Positions 27,201-41,720 of a stretch of 64,000 nt of DNA are shown one piece after another. Source of the stretch: the human T2T-CHM13v2.0 reference genome, Homo sapiens. The number at the start of each line of letters is the position of its first letter. Positions within the stretch are counted from its first letter, which is position 1. A program made the position numbers and the translations under genes. The notes under the pieces were generated by a model that was not told the origin of the DNA, ran no database searches, and was given only the letters and a program-made list of their open reading frames with translations. The stretch is taken from the NCBI RefSeq assembly GCF_009914755.1, contig NC_060925.1; one strand, written 5' to 3'.

Positions 27201-27688
27201 GAAGTTTTCTGTGTATGATAACATGGCACCTTCAAGCAGGGACAGTTTAACTTCCCCCTTTCCAATTTGGATGCCTTTTATTCTTTCTCTTCCCCAATTC
27301 TTCTGGCTAAAACTTCCAGTACTATGTTGAATAGGAGTGCCAAAAGTGGACACTCTTTTCTTGTTCTATATTTTAGGGGAAAAGCTTTCAACTTGTCCTC
27401 ATTCAGCAGAAAGTTAGCTGTGGGTTTTTCATATATGGCCTTTATCGTGTTGAGGTACATTTCTTTTGTACCTAATTTGTTGAGAGTTTTGATCATGTAG
27501 GATTTTTGAATTTTACCAAATGCTTTTCTGCATCTATAGAAATGATCATGAGTTTCTTGCCCTTGATTCTGCTGATATGATATATCACATGTATTGATTT
27601 GCATATGTTGAATTCTTGTATCCATGGGATTAATCCCAATTTGAGCATGATAAATTATCTTTTCATTGTGCTGAATTGGATTTGCCAG

Positions 27689-29013
<1,325 letters not shown>

Positions 29014-30444
29014 TATAGAATCCATTTGAAAGTGTTCTTTCTTCTTCAATATTTTGGAATCATTTAAGAAGAACTGGTGTAAGATCTTTTTTAACTTTTT
29101 TTATAATATGAAAAATTATAATATGAAAAAACTATAAATCGATCAGGTCCTGGGCTCTTTTTATTTTTTGATAGGGAACTTATTACTGATTCAATTTCTT
29201 CACTTATTGGTCTATTCAGATTTTCTATTTTTTAATAATGCAATTTTTGTAGGTTTTATGTGTCTAAGAATTTATCCATTTCTTCTAGGATATTCAGTTT
29301 GTTGTCATATAATTGCTTATAATAGTCTCTTATGATCCTTTGTGTTTCTGTGGTATCATTTGTAATGTCTCCTTTTTCATATTTTATCTATTTGAATATT
29401 GTCTCTTTTTTCTTAGTTTGTCTACCTAAAGATTTGTGTGTTTATCTTTAAAAAAAACCCAACTCTTTGTTTCATTGACCTTTTACATTATTTTTTTTCT
29501 CTATTACATTTACTTGTGTTTTTTTTTCTTATTACTTCCTTCCTTCTACGAATGTTTTTTTTCTGGTTCCTTGAGGTGTAGTGTTAGGCTGTTTATTTTA
29601 GCTCTTTCTCCTTTTCTGATGGAGGCATTTATTGCTGTAAACTTCTCTCCTAGAACTGTTTTTGATGTGTCCCATAGGTTTTGGTATAATGTGTTTCCAT
29701 TTTTGTTTGTTTCAAAAATTTTTAAACTTTTAGTTAATTTCTTCACTGGCCCTTTGGCTATTCAAGAGCATGTTGTTTGTTTAATTCTCATGTCTCTGTA
29801 AATTCTGCAAATTTTCTTCTGGAATTGACTATCTAGTTTTATAACATTGTGGTCCCAAAAGATATTCGATAGAATTTCAGTCTTCTTAAATTTGCCTAGA
29901 TTATTTCTGGGGCCTAATGTATAGTCTCTCCTGAAATATGTTTCATTTGCTGTTGAGAAGAAAGTATATTTTGCAGCTTTTGGATGAAATGTTATTTAAT
30001 GTCTGTTAAGTCATTTGGTCTAGAATGGACTTTAGATCCTTTGTTGCTTTTTTATCCAGATGATCTATTAATTGATGAAAGTGGGGTATTCAAACTCCTT
30101 ACTATTATTGTTTTGCAATCATTTCTCCCCTTAGATTTATTAATATTTGCTTTATATATTTAGATGCTCCAATGTTGAGTGCATATATTTTTATAATTAT
30201 TATAACCTCTTGGTGAATTCACCCCTTAATCATTATATAAAGATCTTCTTTGTCTCTTTCTATAGTTTTTGACATCAAGCCTGTGTTTTTCTCATATAAG
30301 TATAGCTACTCCTACTGTCTTTTGAGTTCCATTTTCACAAAATATTTTGTTTTTTTTCCTTTAATTTTATCCCTTTCCTTATAGGTGAAGTGAGTAACCT
30401 ATGGTCAGCATTTTGTTGGGTCTTGTTTTAAAAACTCACTCAGT

Positions 30445-30834
<390 letters not shown>

Positions 30835-33759
30835 TTATTTTAGTGTGTCTATTTTAAGATTTTGCCTTGTGGTCACCATGAAGCTTACAGAAAATATCTT
30901 GTAGCTAGATTATTTATCCTAGTAACAACTTAACTTTGATCACTAAAAAAACCTTCTAAACTTTAACTCCTTTCTTACTTTCCACATTTTGAATTGTTGA
31001 CCTCATTTATGTTTATCATATTACATACCTTTCAACAAATTATTTTAGTTGTTATTTTTAATAGCTTTTTATTTAACCTTCATAGTAAAGATATAAGTAA
31101 TTTTCACACTGCCATTTCTTTTTTAGAGTATTCTGAATTCGACTGTTTTCAAATGTTTTTTTATTACTCAGTGATTTTTTTCTTTCAGCTCGAAGAACTC
31201 CCTTTAGCATATCTTATAAGCCAGGTCTGGTGGTGATAAACTTGTTCAGCCTTTTTAACATTTTTTATTTTTTGCTTTGGAAAGTCTTTCTCCCTTATTT
31301 CTGAAGGATAGATTTGCTGGATACATTATTCTTGGTTGGCAGATTTTTTTCTTTCTCTAGCACTTTGAATGTATCATCCCACTATCTCCTGCCCTGAATA
31401 ATTTCTGCTGAGAAATTTTCTGCATGCTGTATTGGAGCTCCCTTGAATGTGATATGTTTTTTATCTCTTATTTCTTTGAGTATTTTTCTTTGTTTTTCAT
31501 TTTTGATAATCTGATTATGATGTGCTTTATAAACTCCTCTTTTGTTGTTCCATTGGCAGCCTCTGAGCTTCCAGTACCTATTTGTTGTCTTTCCCCAGAT
31601 GAAAAAATTTCCAGCCATTATTTCCTAAATATGTTTTTTAGACATTTTCCTCTCTCTTTTCCTTCAGAAACTTCTATTAGGCAAGTGTTAGTTTGCTTGA
31701 TGGTATCCTATAATTCCCATAGGCCTTTTCCATTTTTGTTTATTCTTTTCTTTTTACTTCTCTGAATTGATAATTTCGTATGTCATATTTTCCAGCTAAC
31801 TGGTTTTTCTGCTTGATCAAATTAGTTGTTGAAGCATTGTATTTAATTGTTCAATTAAATTATTTTATTCTTTATTTTGAGGATTTCTATTTGGTTCTTA
31901 TTTATGGTTTCCACTGCTTTGTCAAACTTTTAATTTGTTCATGAATTGTTTTCCATATTTCATTTAACTTTTTATATGCATTTGCTTGTAATTTCTTGAA
32001 CTTAAGAGGATACTTCTGAGGTCTTTTTTGGTCATTTCATAGATCTCCTAGTTTGTACTTGTAAGCATAAAGGAAAATGAGTATTTAATATAGAACATGT
32101 AGAATTAAGTATTTATCATCTTGAGAAAAATATTCTATTATTATTTGTAATTGTAATTGGCATAATAAATATAATAAAAAGTACCTTATTTAATTTCCCA
32201 AATATCTTATTATATTTTTAAGATATTACCTTATAAATATGTAGACAGACTAAAATTGAATAGCAGTGTAGAATCTTGAACATTTGAGAACTTGAAAAAT
32301 GACATGGTTGTTTTTGGATTAACCTTTTTCATTCACTCATTAATCTTTTGTTGACTGAATAAAGATATCCAAGTGTCGTTATTATAGTAATTTTCTTTCC
32401 TAAATTTCATGATTTGGAGAGCTTGGTGGTAAGATTTTTTGCTCATTACAAGTATTGATCTGGGACAGATCTGGTGCTGCTTAAGGAAAGACTAATAACA
32501 TGTCCCAAGTTCTCCTGGTTATTTTTATTTAAATACTGCTGGGGAAAAGGTGGTGGAAAATTATTTTATTCCATTTGTGTATATAAATCACTATGCATAT
32601 TTTTTACTTTTTATATTTTACATGTTATCTTAGCAAAAAGAATATTAATAGTTTCAACCAAGCAAAATAAATATGAAGGCTGGATTATTAAAAGTGACTT
32701 TTGCATTTTTAACCACATTTTATCTTTGAATTTAGTATCATATACAGGAGATATGAAAATAAAAGACATTTATTTTTATAACAGTATTAAAAATCTATTG
32801 AAGTATTGATTGAAGAAATTCAGTTGAAGTATTTTTGTAAACATTGTGATTATGTGGGTTATTAAGATACATACAAATGTGGTTTTAAAATTCAACAAGA
32901 GTAAGGCCAATATATTTTAGCATGTGTAATTTGTAAAAATACATGTTTGTATTTGTAGTAAAACTTATACACAAGATCAAATATGTAAATATTAAAGGAG
33001 AAGGAGTTGTATATGTATGTAAATTGTTTCTTATTTGAATGACATTTAGATACTGTCATCTAGGTTTAGCTATATTTTACAGTACAAATTTAATTAAAAT
33101 ATATGCTATGGAAGTATTTTAATGATTTTAGGTTGAAGTTATAAAAACATTCCCATATTTATTTCTTTCCAATAAGGAAAATTTGTCAGAGCATATAACA
33201 CACCATTTATTCTTCACTTCATTATTTTATCTACCTTTTCCTATGTGTCTTTTAATTCTTAATATTTACTAAAATTTCTATATCAAGGAATAATACACAG
33301 AGCTTTTACCTTCAAGTTATTTAGTATTGGAATAGTGCACAAAATTATAAACATTGAGATAATGCAGGCAGAATAAAGTACCCAAGTAGGTTTGAGAAAT
33401 GCACCATCAGCTTTCACTGAATTATGAAATCCCAAATACTGCTGAAGGGTCAACAATGAAAGACAGTTGTACTGAGAAGGTAAAGTTTTGAACGTCTCTT
33501 CATTTATATAGAGGGTTTCCCCTTGATAGGGAACTGAGGATAAATATTTGAAGAAATATGATGGAGGTTTCCAGCAATACTCATAATAATTGAAACATCT
33601 AATTAAAATAGGGCTAACATCATTCATCAGCCTCACAATATCAGCTGTTTTCCAAGAACTTCTTATCACTGGGCCTCTTGTTTTTTTATACTAATGTATG
33701 TTTGTTTGTTTCATTCCCCTCCCCCAACCTCCACAGAAAAACCCTTGTGAAGAGAGAGG

Positions 33760-34706
33760 ATGGGTGTTCACAATTTGTTCACGGTGACTCAGTTTATCCT
33801 TATAGGGCTCTCTTACTTCTCCAATGAGCACTACCTTCTTTTTGTGGCCCTTGCCATTATCTGTCAGGTGTTCTTGGTGCGAAGTGGAGACATTCTCTTG
33901 GCCATTGGGACTGTGATTAAGTTGCACACTACTCATGTATTATTTTTTGGCAAATGTGTCCATCTTAGACATATTGTGTTCATCAGCTACTATACCTAAG
34001 ATGCCTAAGATTCTCTAGACTGAGGATCACAGCATTTCTTTTGTTAGGTGAGCTTTGCAGCCCTATTTCCTAGTGGCCTGGGCTGGGAAGAAAGCTTTCT
34101 CACTGTTACGGCTTATGACTGGTGTGTGGTCACATGTTTCTCCCTTTGTTACATCCTGATCATGAACAAATTGGCTCTGTCCAGCTGGTTTATGGGACCT
34201 GAGCAGCTGGGTTTCTAAATTTCCTCCTCCTCCACGTAGTGTCTACCCTCTGCCTGTCTTTCTGCAAGCCTGATCGAGTTAACCAGTATTACTGTGATAT
34301 CTCACCGATGGGGGCCCTGTTGTGCCAGTCCATGCACCTGGCAAACATGCTTGTTTTAGTGGAATCAGTTATCTTGGGGATCAGTGCTTTTCTGGCTGCC
34401 TTTAACTTTTACATATACATCATCTCCACTATCCTAAAGATCCAGTGTGTAGAGTGGAGTGCAAAGTGCTTCTCTACATGCACTTCCCACCTCCTTACGG
34501 TCTGTTTGTTCTATGGCATATTGACATTTACCTACATTTACTCCTTCTCCAGTCAACACTCACATGTCTAAGGCAAGCCCAGATCTAGCCACAGACAGGC
34601 TCATCTCTATGCTATACAGAGTTATTACCCTGATGTTTAACTTCATCACTGACAACCTGAGAAACACAGAGGTAAAAGGAGCCTCAGAAAGGTTTTATGT
34701 CATTGA
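33760..34706 (+). pseudogene. OR3D1P: Olfactory receptor pseudogene (probably OR3D1P, by recalled position next to OR13G1)
   Basis: Stitched frames give MGVHNLFTVTQFILIGLS...KLHT/MYYFLANVSILDI...IPKM...TAYDWCVVTC...YYCDISP...KCFSTCTSHLLTV...LRNTEVKGA/LRKVLCH*. In-frame TAG 34016-34018 and TGA 34049-34051 (replacing the conserved Cys) plus several frameshifts. The pseudogene call is firm; the symbol is less so. Confidence 0.9.
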
Positions 34707-34939
34707 ACATGTTTATAGAAACCATAATTTAAAATATAATAGAATGACTCAATGTTCCACTTTTAATTCATAGAAAAAGTAATTTTCTATTGATATATAG
34801 AATGCATACCTACATAGGCGTATAAATTTATAGAAAATACATATACATATAACTTCAGTTATATCTATTTATATGTATATGTATATTTCTATTTGTGTAC
34901 ATTGGGAACTTAACATTTATCAGCCAAAGTAGACTTTTT

Positions 34940-35135
34940 TTTTTTTTTTAAGTTCTGGGGTACATGTACAGGATGTGCAGGTTTGTTATGTAGGTAAACA
35001 TGTGCCATGGTGGTTTGCTGCACCTATCAACCCATCACCTAGGTATTAAGACCAGCATGCCTTAGCTTTTTTTCCTGATACTCTCCCTCTCTACGCCACC
35101 CTCCACCCAACAGGTCCTAGTGTGTGTTATTCCCT
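34940..35135 (-). mobile_element. Very short 5'-truncated L1PA with TSD
   Basis: L1PA 3' terminus; TSD GTAGACTTTTT at 34929-34939 and 35136-35146. Confidence 0.9.
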
Positions 35136-35213
35136 GTAGACTTTTTCAGAATAAATCAGGAACTGTTAGTAGTAATTACACTGGTATAAGATGTTTAAAA
35201 TAGGCCTGTCTTA

Positions 35214-35510
35214 GGCTGGGCGCGGTGCCTCACACCTGTAATCTCAGCACTTTGGGAGGCAGAGGCAGGTGGATTACCTGAGGACAGGAGTTTGAGACCA
35301 GCCTGGCTAACATAGCGAAACCCTGCCTCTACTAAAAATACAAGAAATTAGCCAGATGTGGTGGTTGGTGCATGTAGTCCCAGCTACTTGGGAGGCTGAG
35401 GCAGGAGAATCACTTGAACCCCAGAGGCTGGGTTGCAGTGAGCTGAGATCGTGCCACTGCACTCAAGCCTGGGTGACAGAGTGAGACTCTGTCTCAATAA
35501 ATAAATAAAA
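35214..35510 (+). mobile_element. AluS
   Basis: Full Alu; degenerate TSD aaaataggcctgtctta / aaaatggtcctatctta. Confidence 0.95.
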
Positions 35511-35699
35511 TGGTCCTATCTTAAGTAAACTTGGATCTATAACACTTAACTATATTCATACTCATGCTTGTACCCATAGCCATATTTATGTCTACCAATA
35601 TCTATATTGTGTGTGTCTATATGGTTTATATCTGGCTTTCAACCTGTATTTAATCTAGCTGTAGGTGTTTTCTTTAATTTTTTTCTTTTAATTGTTCAT

Positions 35700-37150
35700 T
35701 TACACTTGGAAATTGCTAAGAGAGTGAATCTTAAATGTAATCACAATAAAAGATAATTATGTGAGGTGATGGATATGTAAATTCATTTTGTTTGATAACT
35801 TCACAGTTTATACCTATATAAAAGCATCACATTGCATACTATAAATATATGTATATGTGTGTGTGTGTGTGTGTGTGTGGGTGTAAACTATACCTTAAGG
35901 CTGGGGGAATAAGCTAAAGTGGTCAACATAACCTATTATATGATAAAGATATATCTATGTTGGAAATTTTTCTGATATTGTTATCAAATATGTAAGATTT
36001 AAATGACAGTATTTTCATTATATTATTTGTAACCTGTGTAAATGGAATAAAATACCCATTTATGGCTATCTGGTGAAACTGTTGGGAAGTAAAGCCTGTG
36101 CATTGATCACCCTTCTATGTTTGTTGTTATTGATACTTCTCCTTTTTGTTGACATAACATGCTATGACTTCTTCTGTAGTTTTACTTTCAACCTACTTGT
36201 TTTGTTACTTTATGTGAGTTTCTCATAGACAGTTTATAGTTCAATTATGTATTTTTATCCAGTGTCCAATCTCTGTCTTTCAATTTGCATATATTATTGC
36301 ATCATTTACTTTTAAGGTAATCATTAATATGCTACAATTTGTCGACTTTTTAATTTGTTTTGTGTTTGTTTCTTCTGTCTTTTATTTCTCTGCTTTTCAT
36401 TTATTGATTTTCTGATGTTTTCTTTAAGATTTTTAAGGATTCTAACTTATGTATAGCATTTTTATTACATCACAATGTATAGTTTTTTTATACCAACTAA
36501 TGTTGTTATAATTTTTCTTTCAACCATAAAATATAATTTAAGGAACTCATGAGAGAAATATAGTATATTGTAATTATTTCTCTTTGTACCAAATTTGCTT
36601 TTTCCTGTATGACATTGTGGCTTTCCTATCTCTGTAGAAAACCATATATACTGTACTCTTAAAAATACTAAGAGAGTGGGTATACAGTGTTTCCACCATG
36701 AAAATGATAATTATGTGAGGTAATGCATATCATATGTTAATTAACTAAATGTAGTCACTCCACAATGCATCTGTACTTCAAAATGTTAGGCTGTAAACAA
36801 TAATACATAAATTTTATGTCAATTATTTTTGAATTACAAAAAAATGAATGCAAGTTGATCTCAAAAAGATGTCATAAAGAATAAATAAAATGAGAACACA
36901 ATATCAACAAATTATATGAACCTAACAAAATAGCCTAAAAAATAAACCAATAGTATTCTATTTTCAGAAATATCAAATATGTAAATACCTTAATAAACTT
37001 GAAAATGCATGCATTAAACTAATACTGTATACTATACTCTCCCAAAAAAAGAGTGGAGATTATTTACCAGCACATATAAAACAACTTAAAAATGGATAAT
37101 TTATTTCACCCTAAAAATGAGTCTCAATAAATTCCAAAGGTTCAAAGAAT
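35700..37150. mobile_element. Mixed ancient L1M fragments, including (TG)n ~35856-35879
   Basis: L1MA 3'-end motifs 'aattgctaagagagtgaatcttaaatgt', 'tatgtgaggtaatgcatat'; 'gtctcaataaattccaaag' ORF2-like. Confidence 0.7.
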
Positions 37151-37640
37151 TACAAATATTGTGGAATGTGTAATACATGTATGCACATGTGGATATATGT
37201 ATATCTGTACATATAGGTATATATATGTGTGAGTGCACATTTGTATGTAAGACCATTATGAAGCTATCTCTAGATTATATTGTTAAGTAAAAAAAAAGTA
37301 TAATGCAGAAAGGGATTTTTAATATTTGCTTATATTACAGTTATGTTACATATAACATATAATGAAACATTGCATATATACATATATATAACAGTTTATG
37401 ATATATATAACATATATGTATAACAGTTTATCTATATCCAAGGTTATATAACATATATCTAAGGTTATATATATAACAGTTTATGATATATATAACAACA
37501 TGACATTACATATACATATACAGTAAAGTTATATATAATATGTTATATATAACATAAGTGTTATATATGTTATATAACATGTTACTAATATATGTCACAT
37601 ATATAAAACAAAATGTTATAATTATAAAACAAAATGTTAT
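37150..37640. repeat. AT-rich low-complexity (TATA/TAACA) tract
   Basis: Degenerate atataacatat repeats; 'atatataacagtttatgatatatataaca' occurs twice. Confidence 0.8.
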
Positions 37641-38029
37641 ACGTGTAAAACATGAAATGTTTTATCATTTTCTTTATCAATTTATCTGATGATGGACACA
37701 ACTGCTCCAGATGTATTTGTAAGACAAAATTCCAACATGTTTTCATAATTGTGGAAATATATTGTAAAAATATGCTTTACTAATCACAGCAAATGATATA
37801 TTTCTTCCAACTTGTTATAAGATGTGTTGTATATTGTATATTTTTATTATGTAGCCTCAGTTTTGGCATTCTCACTCTCTCAACCTAACTTTATTTCATG
37901 ATTTAGTTTGTGACTTCAAATCTGCATTTATGATACATTTGCTAGTAGATACTCATAGCAACTGCCATAGTATAGACACCCATTTCTCATCCCATCTATG
38001 TTACATCCAAATTTTTTCAGGGGTGCCAA

Positions 38030-38430
38030 GTGCCTAATTTTAGAATATACTCTTCCAATTGGTACTTACAACTTGAAATGGTGTAATAATATAGCTATAG
38101 CCAATGAGATGTAGCTTATACTTACTGGGTTATCCTTATAAAAATAATAGGCAGTGCTTCATTTGCCTCATGAAATCTCTGTCCTTAGCCTTCATTCTAC
38201 TTGGGTTATGGATGAGACGCCTAGTAATACAAAAGCCATTCATGATCCTAGGGAAAACAATATTGAAGGGCAGAACAAGATGACTGAAGGTGCCTGTTTC
38301 ATTGATGGACCCATTGAACCGCCATACACACTATTGACTGCCTGCCTAATGTCAGACTAATGTTGCATGAGGCATAAGTGTACTCACTGGTTTAAAAGGA
38401 CTGGAGTAATATTCTGTCACTTTTTCCTGA
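38030..38430 (+). mobile_element. Old MLT1 (MaLR) LTR fragment
   Basis: 'gccaatgagatgtag...gaagggcagaaca...gaaggtgcctg...ttgatgg...ttgaaccgcc...gactgcctgcct...cagact'. Confidence 0.6.
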
Positions 38431-39000
38431 ACACATGGAGACTTTAGAGTTTGCCCAATAATTTTATTCAGTAGAGCACGATTTTTCTCCAATGAAATCT
38501 AAATAACGTAATGAGGTTCAACCCCAGAGTAGATACCTCATTATCACAATGCTGTAAGTGAATGAACCCAGCCTATTAAGCAAGGGAAAATTTATCACAC
38601 ACACTACTTCTCTCCAGCTCACATTCACATACCAACAAATAAATGGCACAAAATACACAAAATGTTTTGTGATATTTGCATGTATGATGTGCACATGCAC
38701 ATATAGGTAAATATTTGTGTATATGCATATATAAGTATTCGAAGTTATGTACATATTTTTGGAAAATGTTGGAATATATATTATGACATATATTTATGTG
38801 AGGGTATTGTGCATATTGCTTTATGAATATTCTTCACATAAAGAGTACAGAATTTTGGAGACAATGAGACTGCTAGGAAGAAGGCAGGAATAAGAGGGAA
38901 GGGAAAATTGGAGTGGAGGTAAGTATGAAAAATCAGTAAAATCTGAGATGCTCTAGAAGATGGTTCTGGAGTACAGAAGTGATGTTGCATGTTGAAACTA

Positions 39001-39924
39001 CTAGTGTTTCAGAAATGCAAACACCTTCCTAATTCCTGCCTGCATCTCCCTATTCTGGAAGCTGTACACCATCGGGTTTAATGTGGGAGTCACAAGAGTA
39101 TAGAGTGCAGCTACCACCTTGTCTCTTTCAAATGTATAGCTGGAAGCAGGGCGGATATAGGTGTAGATTACAGGAGAATAGTAAAGGGTCACCACTGTGA
39201 GATGAGATGAGCATGTTGAGAAGGCCTTCCTCTTGCCTTCTACTGTGCGGATACGGAGAATAGCAACAATGATAAAACCATAGGAGATGCAGGTAAGAAT
39301 AAAGTCCCCTATGGCCAGGGTAATATCAGCAACATACACCATCACCTCATTGATTCTTACAGGGCTACAGGACAAAGCCAGCAATGGGGGTATCTCACAG
39401 AAGAAGTGGTCAATGGTGTTTGGCCCACAGAAAGTCAACCTCATGATAAGAGCTGTGTGCACCCAGGAATTGGTGACTGCAATAGCCATGACCATGCTGA
39501 GCAAGGCTACACACATATGGTGGTTCATAACAGTACTGTAATGAAGAGGGAAACAAATGGCCACATAGCGGTCATAGGCCATGGTGGTGAAGAGAACCAT
39601 CTCAGCTCCCAGAGACCATGTGAACAAGAAGAGCTGGGACATGCAGCCTGCATATGAAATGGTATTTTCTGATGTTAGCATGGTCCCCAGCATCTTCGGT
39701 ATGATGCTTGTTGTGCAGATGATGTCCACAACAGCCAGTGTCAGAAGGAAAACATACATGGGCGTATGCAAGGTGTTGTTATAGATTTTGGCAATGATGA
39801 TGAGCATGTTGCCGAGAAAAGCCACAAGATAGACAATGAGAAAAAAGAGGAAGATAATTCCCTGGAGTTCAGGCTTTTTGGTGAGGCCCAGAATAATGAA
39901 CTCAGTTACAACGCTGTGATTCAT
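39001..39924 (-). CDS. OR13G1: Olfactory receptor family 13 subfamily G member 1, intact, 307 aa
   Basis: ATG at 39924, TAG at 39001-39003. N-glycosylation site NHS; motifs GN, LHTPMY, MAYDRYVAICFPLHY, HFFCEIPPLL, KAFSTCSSHL, PTLNPMVYS. The protein matches recalled human OR13G1. The track's 318-aa version starts at an upstream GTG. Confidence 0.97.
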   Translation of the reverse strand: MNHSVVTEFIILGLTKKPELQGIIFLFFLIVYLVAFLGNMLIIIAKIYNNTLHTPMYVFLLTLAVVDIICTTSIIPKMLGTMLTSENTISYAGCMSQLFLFTWSLGAEMVLFTTMAYDRYVAICFPLHYSTVMNHHMCVALLSMVMAIAVTNSWVHTALIMRLTFCGPNTIDHFFCEIPPLLALSCSPVRINEVMVYVADITLAIGDFILTCISYGFIIVAILRIRTVEGKRKAFSTCSSHLTVVTLYYSPVIYTYIRPASSYTFERDKVVAALYTLVTPTLNPMVYSFQNREMQAGIRKVFAFLKH

Positions 39925-39968
39925 CCTGCTTGGGTGATTGAATGGCAGTAATTGCACAGAATAAACAA

Positions 39969-39990
39969 CTGAAAATGGAAAGAATCCCTG
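39969..39990 (-). other. OR13G1: Splice acceptor of the OR13G1 coding exon
   Basis: Minus strand TTCTTTCCATTTTCAG|TTG, 44 nt upstream of the ATG, typical of OR gene structure. Confidence 0.75.
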
Positions 39991-40914
39991 TGTTGTTAGG
40001 AGATAACATGAGGAGTGTGTGTACTTAGGGACTTAATTCTTGATTGGACACAACTTTGCAGCAGGAATTCCCATTTGATGGAGTTCTGTATTCCAGGCAA
40101 TATACTCTGTTTTCCAGACTAATCCCATTCTCTGATGTATGTTCCTCCATTGATGACTCAAACTGAAGCCAGTGGTTGAGAAGAAAAATATTTTCAAAAT
40201 GCCTTCAAATATTTTGATATCATTTTCACTTAAAACTTGTCTAAATACACACACACATATATATATATACACACACATATGTATATATTCTGGATATGCA
40301 TATATATCCAATGGAGCTGTAATACAAATTATTACATACCTCAATAATTTAGTTAATTGCATGGTACATTTAGGTGTCCTTGAGATATACACGAGCAAAG
40401 ATACTTGAAATAATACAAGCTGACAGGGCTAATTATAGTGAGGATATTTCAGATGAAAAATGCCCAACCTAGTATTTTGAGGCTGTATATTCATGGGAAC
40501 ATTGACTAATGTATCACAGTCCAAATACTAAACAATTTAATCAAATGTCTGTATTAGTAGTTTTTCATCGGTTTGAGAAGCACATTGCCAAAATTCACTG
40601 GACCAGCTATTTGTTTTGCTGTTATATAATGGCAAGATAATTGGATTTAAAAATATAAAATGTAGGGTTGTGTCTTCATTTCATCATAGCTATAGATTGG
40701 CCATTTAAGCTCTGTAAGATTTGGATTTATTATTTCTAAACATTGAATAAATTGAAATAAATATCAGATGTTAGAGAGACAGAGCCATGATTTCTAAAGG
40801 ATACCCAAGCATAAATGGCAACTGGAGTTTTCTGGAAAATAATTTCTAGGACACAAGAAAAATCTGTGTCCTATGTTATTTTCCCCCAAAACTTCCATAG
40901 CATTCTGTTTTCTG

Positions 40915-41052
40915 TTTTCTTTTACTTTCTTTTCTAAAAAAGATGGGGGTCTCATTCTTACCCAGGCTGGTCTCAAACTCCTGACCTCAAGAGATCCTCC
41001 TGCCTTGACCTCCCAAACTGCAGGGATTACAGGCATGAGCCACTGCACTTGG
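40915..41052 (-). mobile_element. Alu monomer (FLAM)
   Basis: Single Alu left arm with T-rich tail. Confidence 0.85.
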
Positions 41053-41479
41053 TTGCTGTCCGTTTTCTTTTATGCTTATTTATTTTGGTACATTTGTATG
41101 CACAGACAGTTACACGAATTCATGGCTTTTGGAACTATTATGATTAGATGAATCTAGTGAAAGTATTCAAAATAGTTGTGAATTTAGTCATAAATTTATG
41201 TTTATCAATGTTCTTTAAGTTTTCAGAGATCATATTGTACCTCTGGTATCTAAACAGAGACATAAATAAAAAGTGTTTTTGAGTGTGCGTCCACAAATCT
41301 AGTCTGTTTTGCTCTCTCATGCCTTGTAGCCTCAATAATTTGTTAACCAAATTTTAGCTACTGATAAATTCATCTTTAACTCTTTAAACTGGAAGAAAAA
41401 AATAGAGCTTTTGTCTAATCCATAATCCATTTCAGAATCTCTAGCTTTAGTATTAATTTACCCATACTGAAGGAATGTT

Positions 41480-41720
41480 ACAGCCACCATTATTTGGGTC
41501 TTTGACATGTGACAGGCTCTATGTTAGGTCCTCTGCAGAGATGATACAATTTTGTCCTCACAAGCACATTGAGTCTTTAATATTTTTATCTTTATGTAGT
41601 TGATAAGCAAACAATGCATGGGAGTAAAAATAATAGTAGGTAGATTGTGTCTCATAAGTGCCAGGATTAACACCTAGATCATCTGACTCCAAAAAATTTG
41701 CTATTCACCTCTCTACTATA
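41480..41720 (-). mobile_element. MIR fragment
   Basis: 'gccaggattaacacctagatcatctgactccaaa...ctactatatact'. Confidence 0.6.

Noticed and set aside
39287-39951. Plus-strand ORFs overlapping OR13G1
   Set aside because: Antisense shadow ORFs of the OR coding sequence
39925-39957. 11-aa N-terminal extension of OR13G1 in the ORF track
   Set aside because: Begins at GTG; the ATG at 39924 gives the canonical OR N-terminus with the NHS glycosylation site
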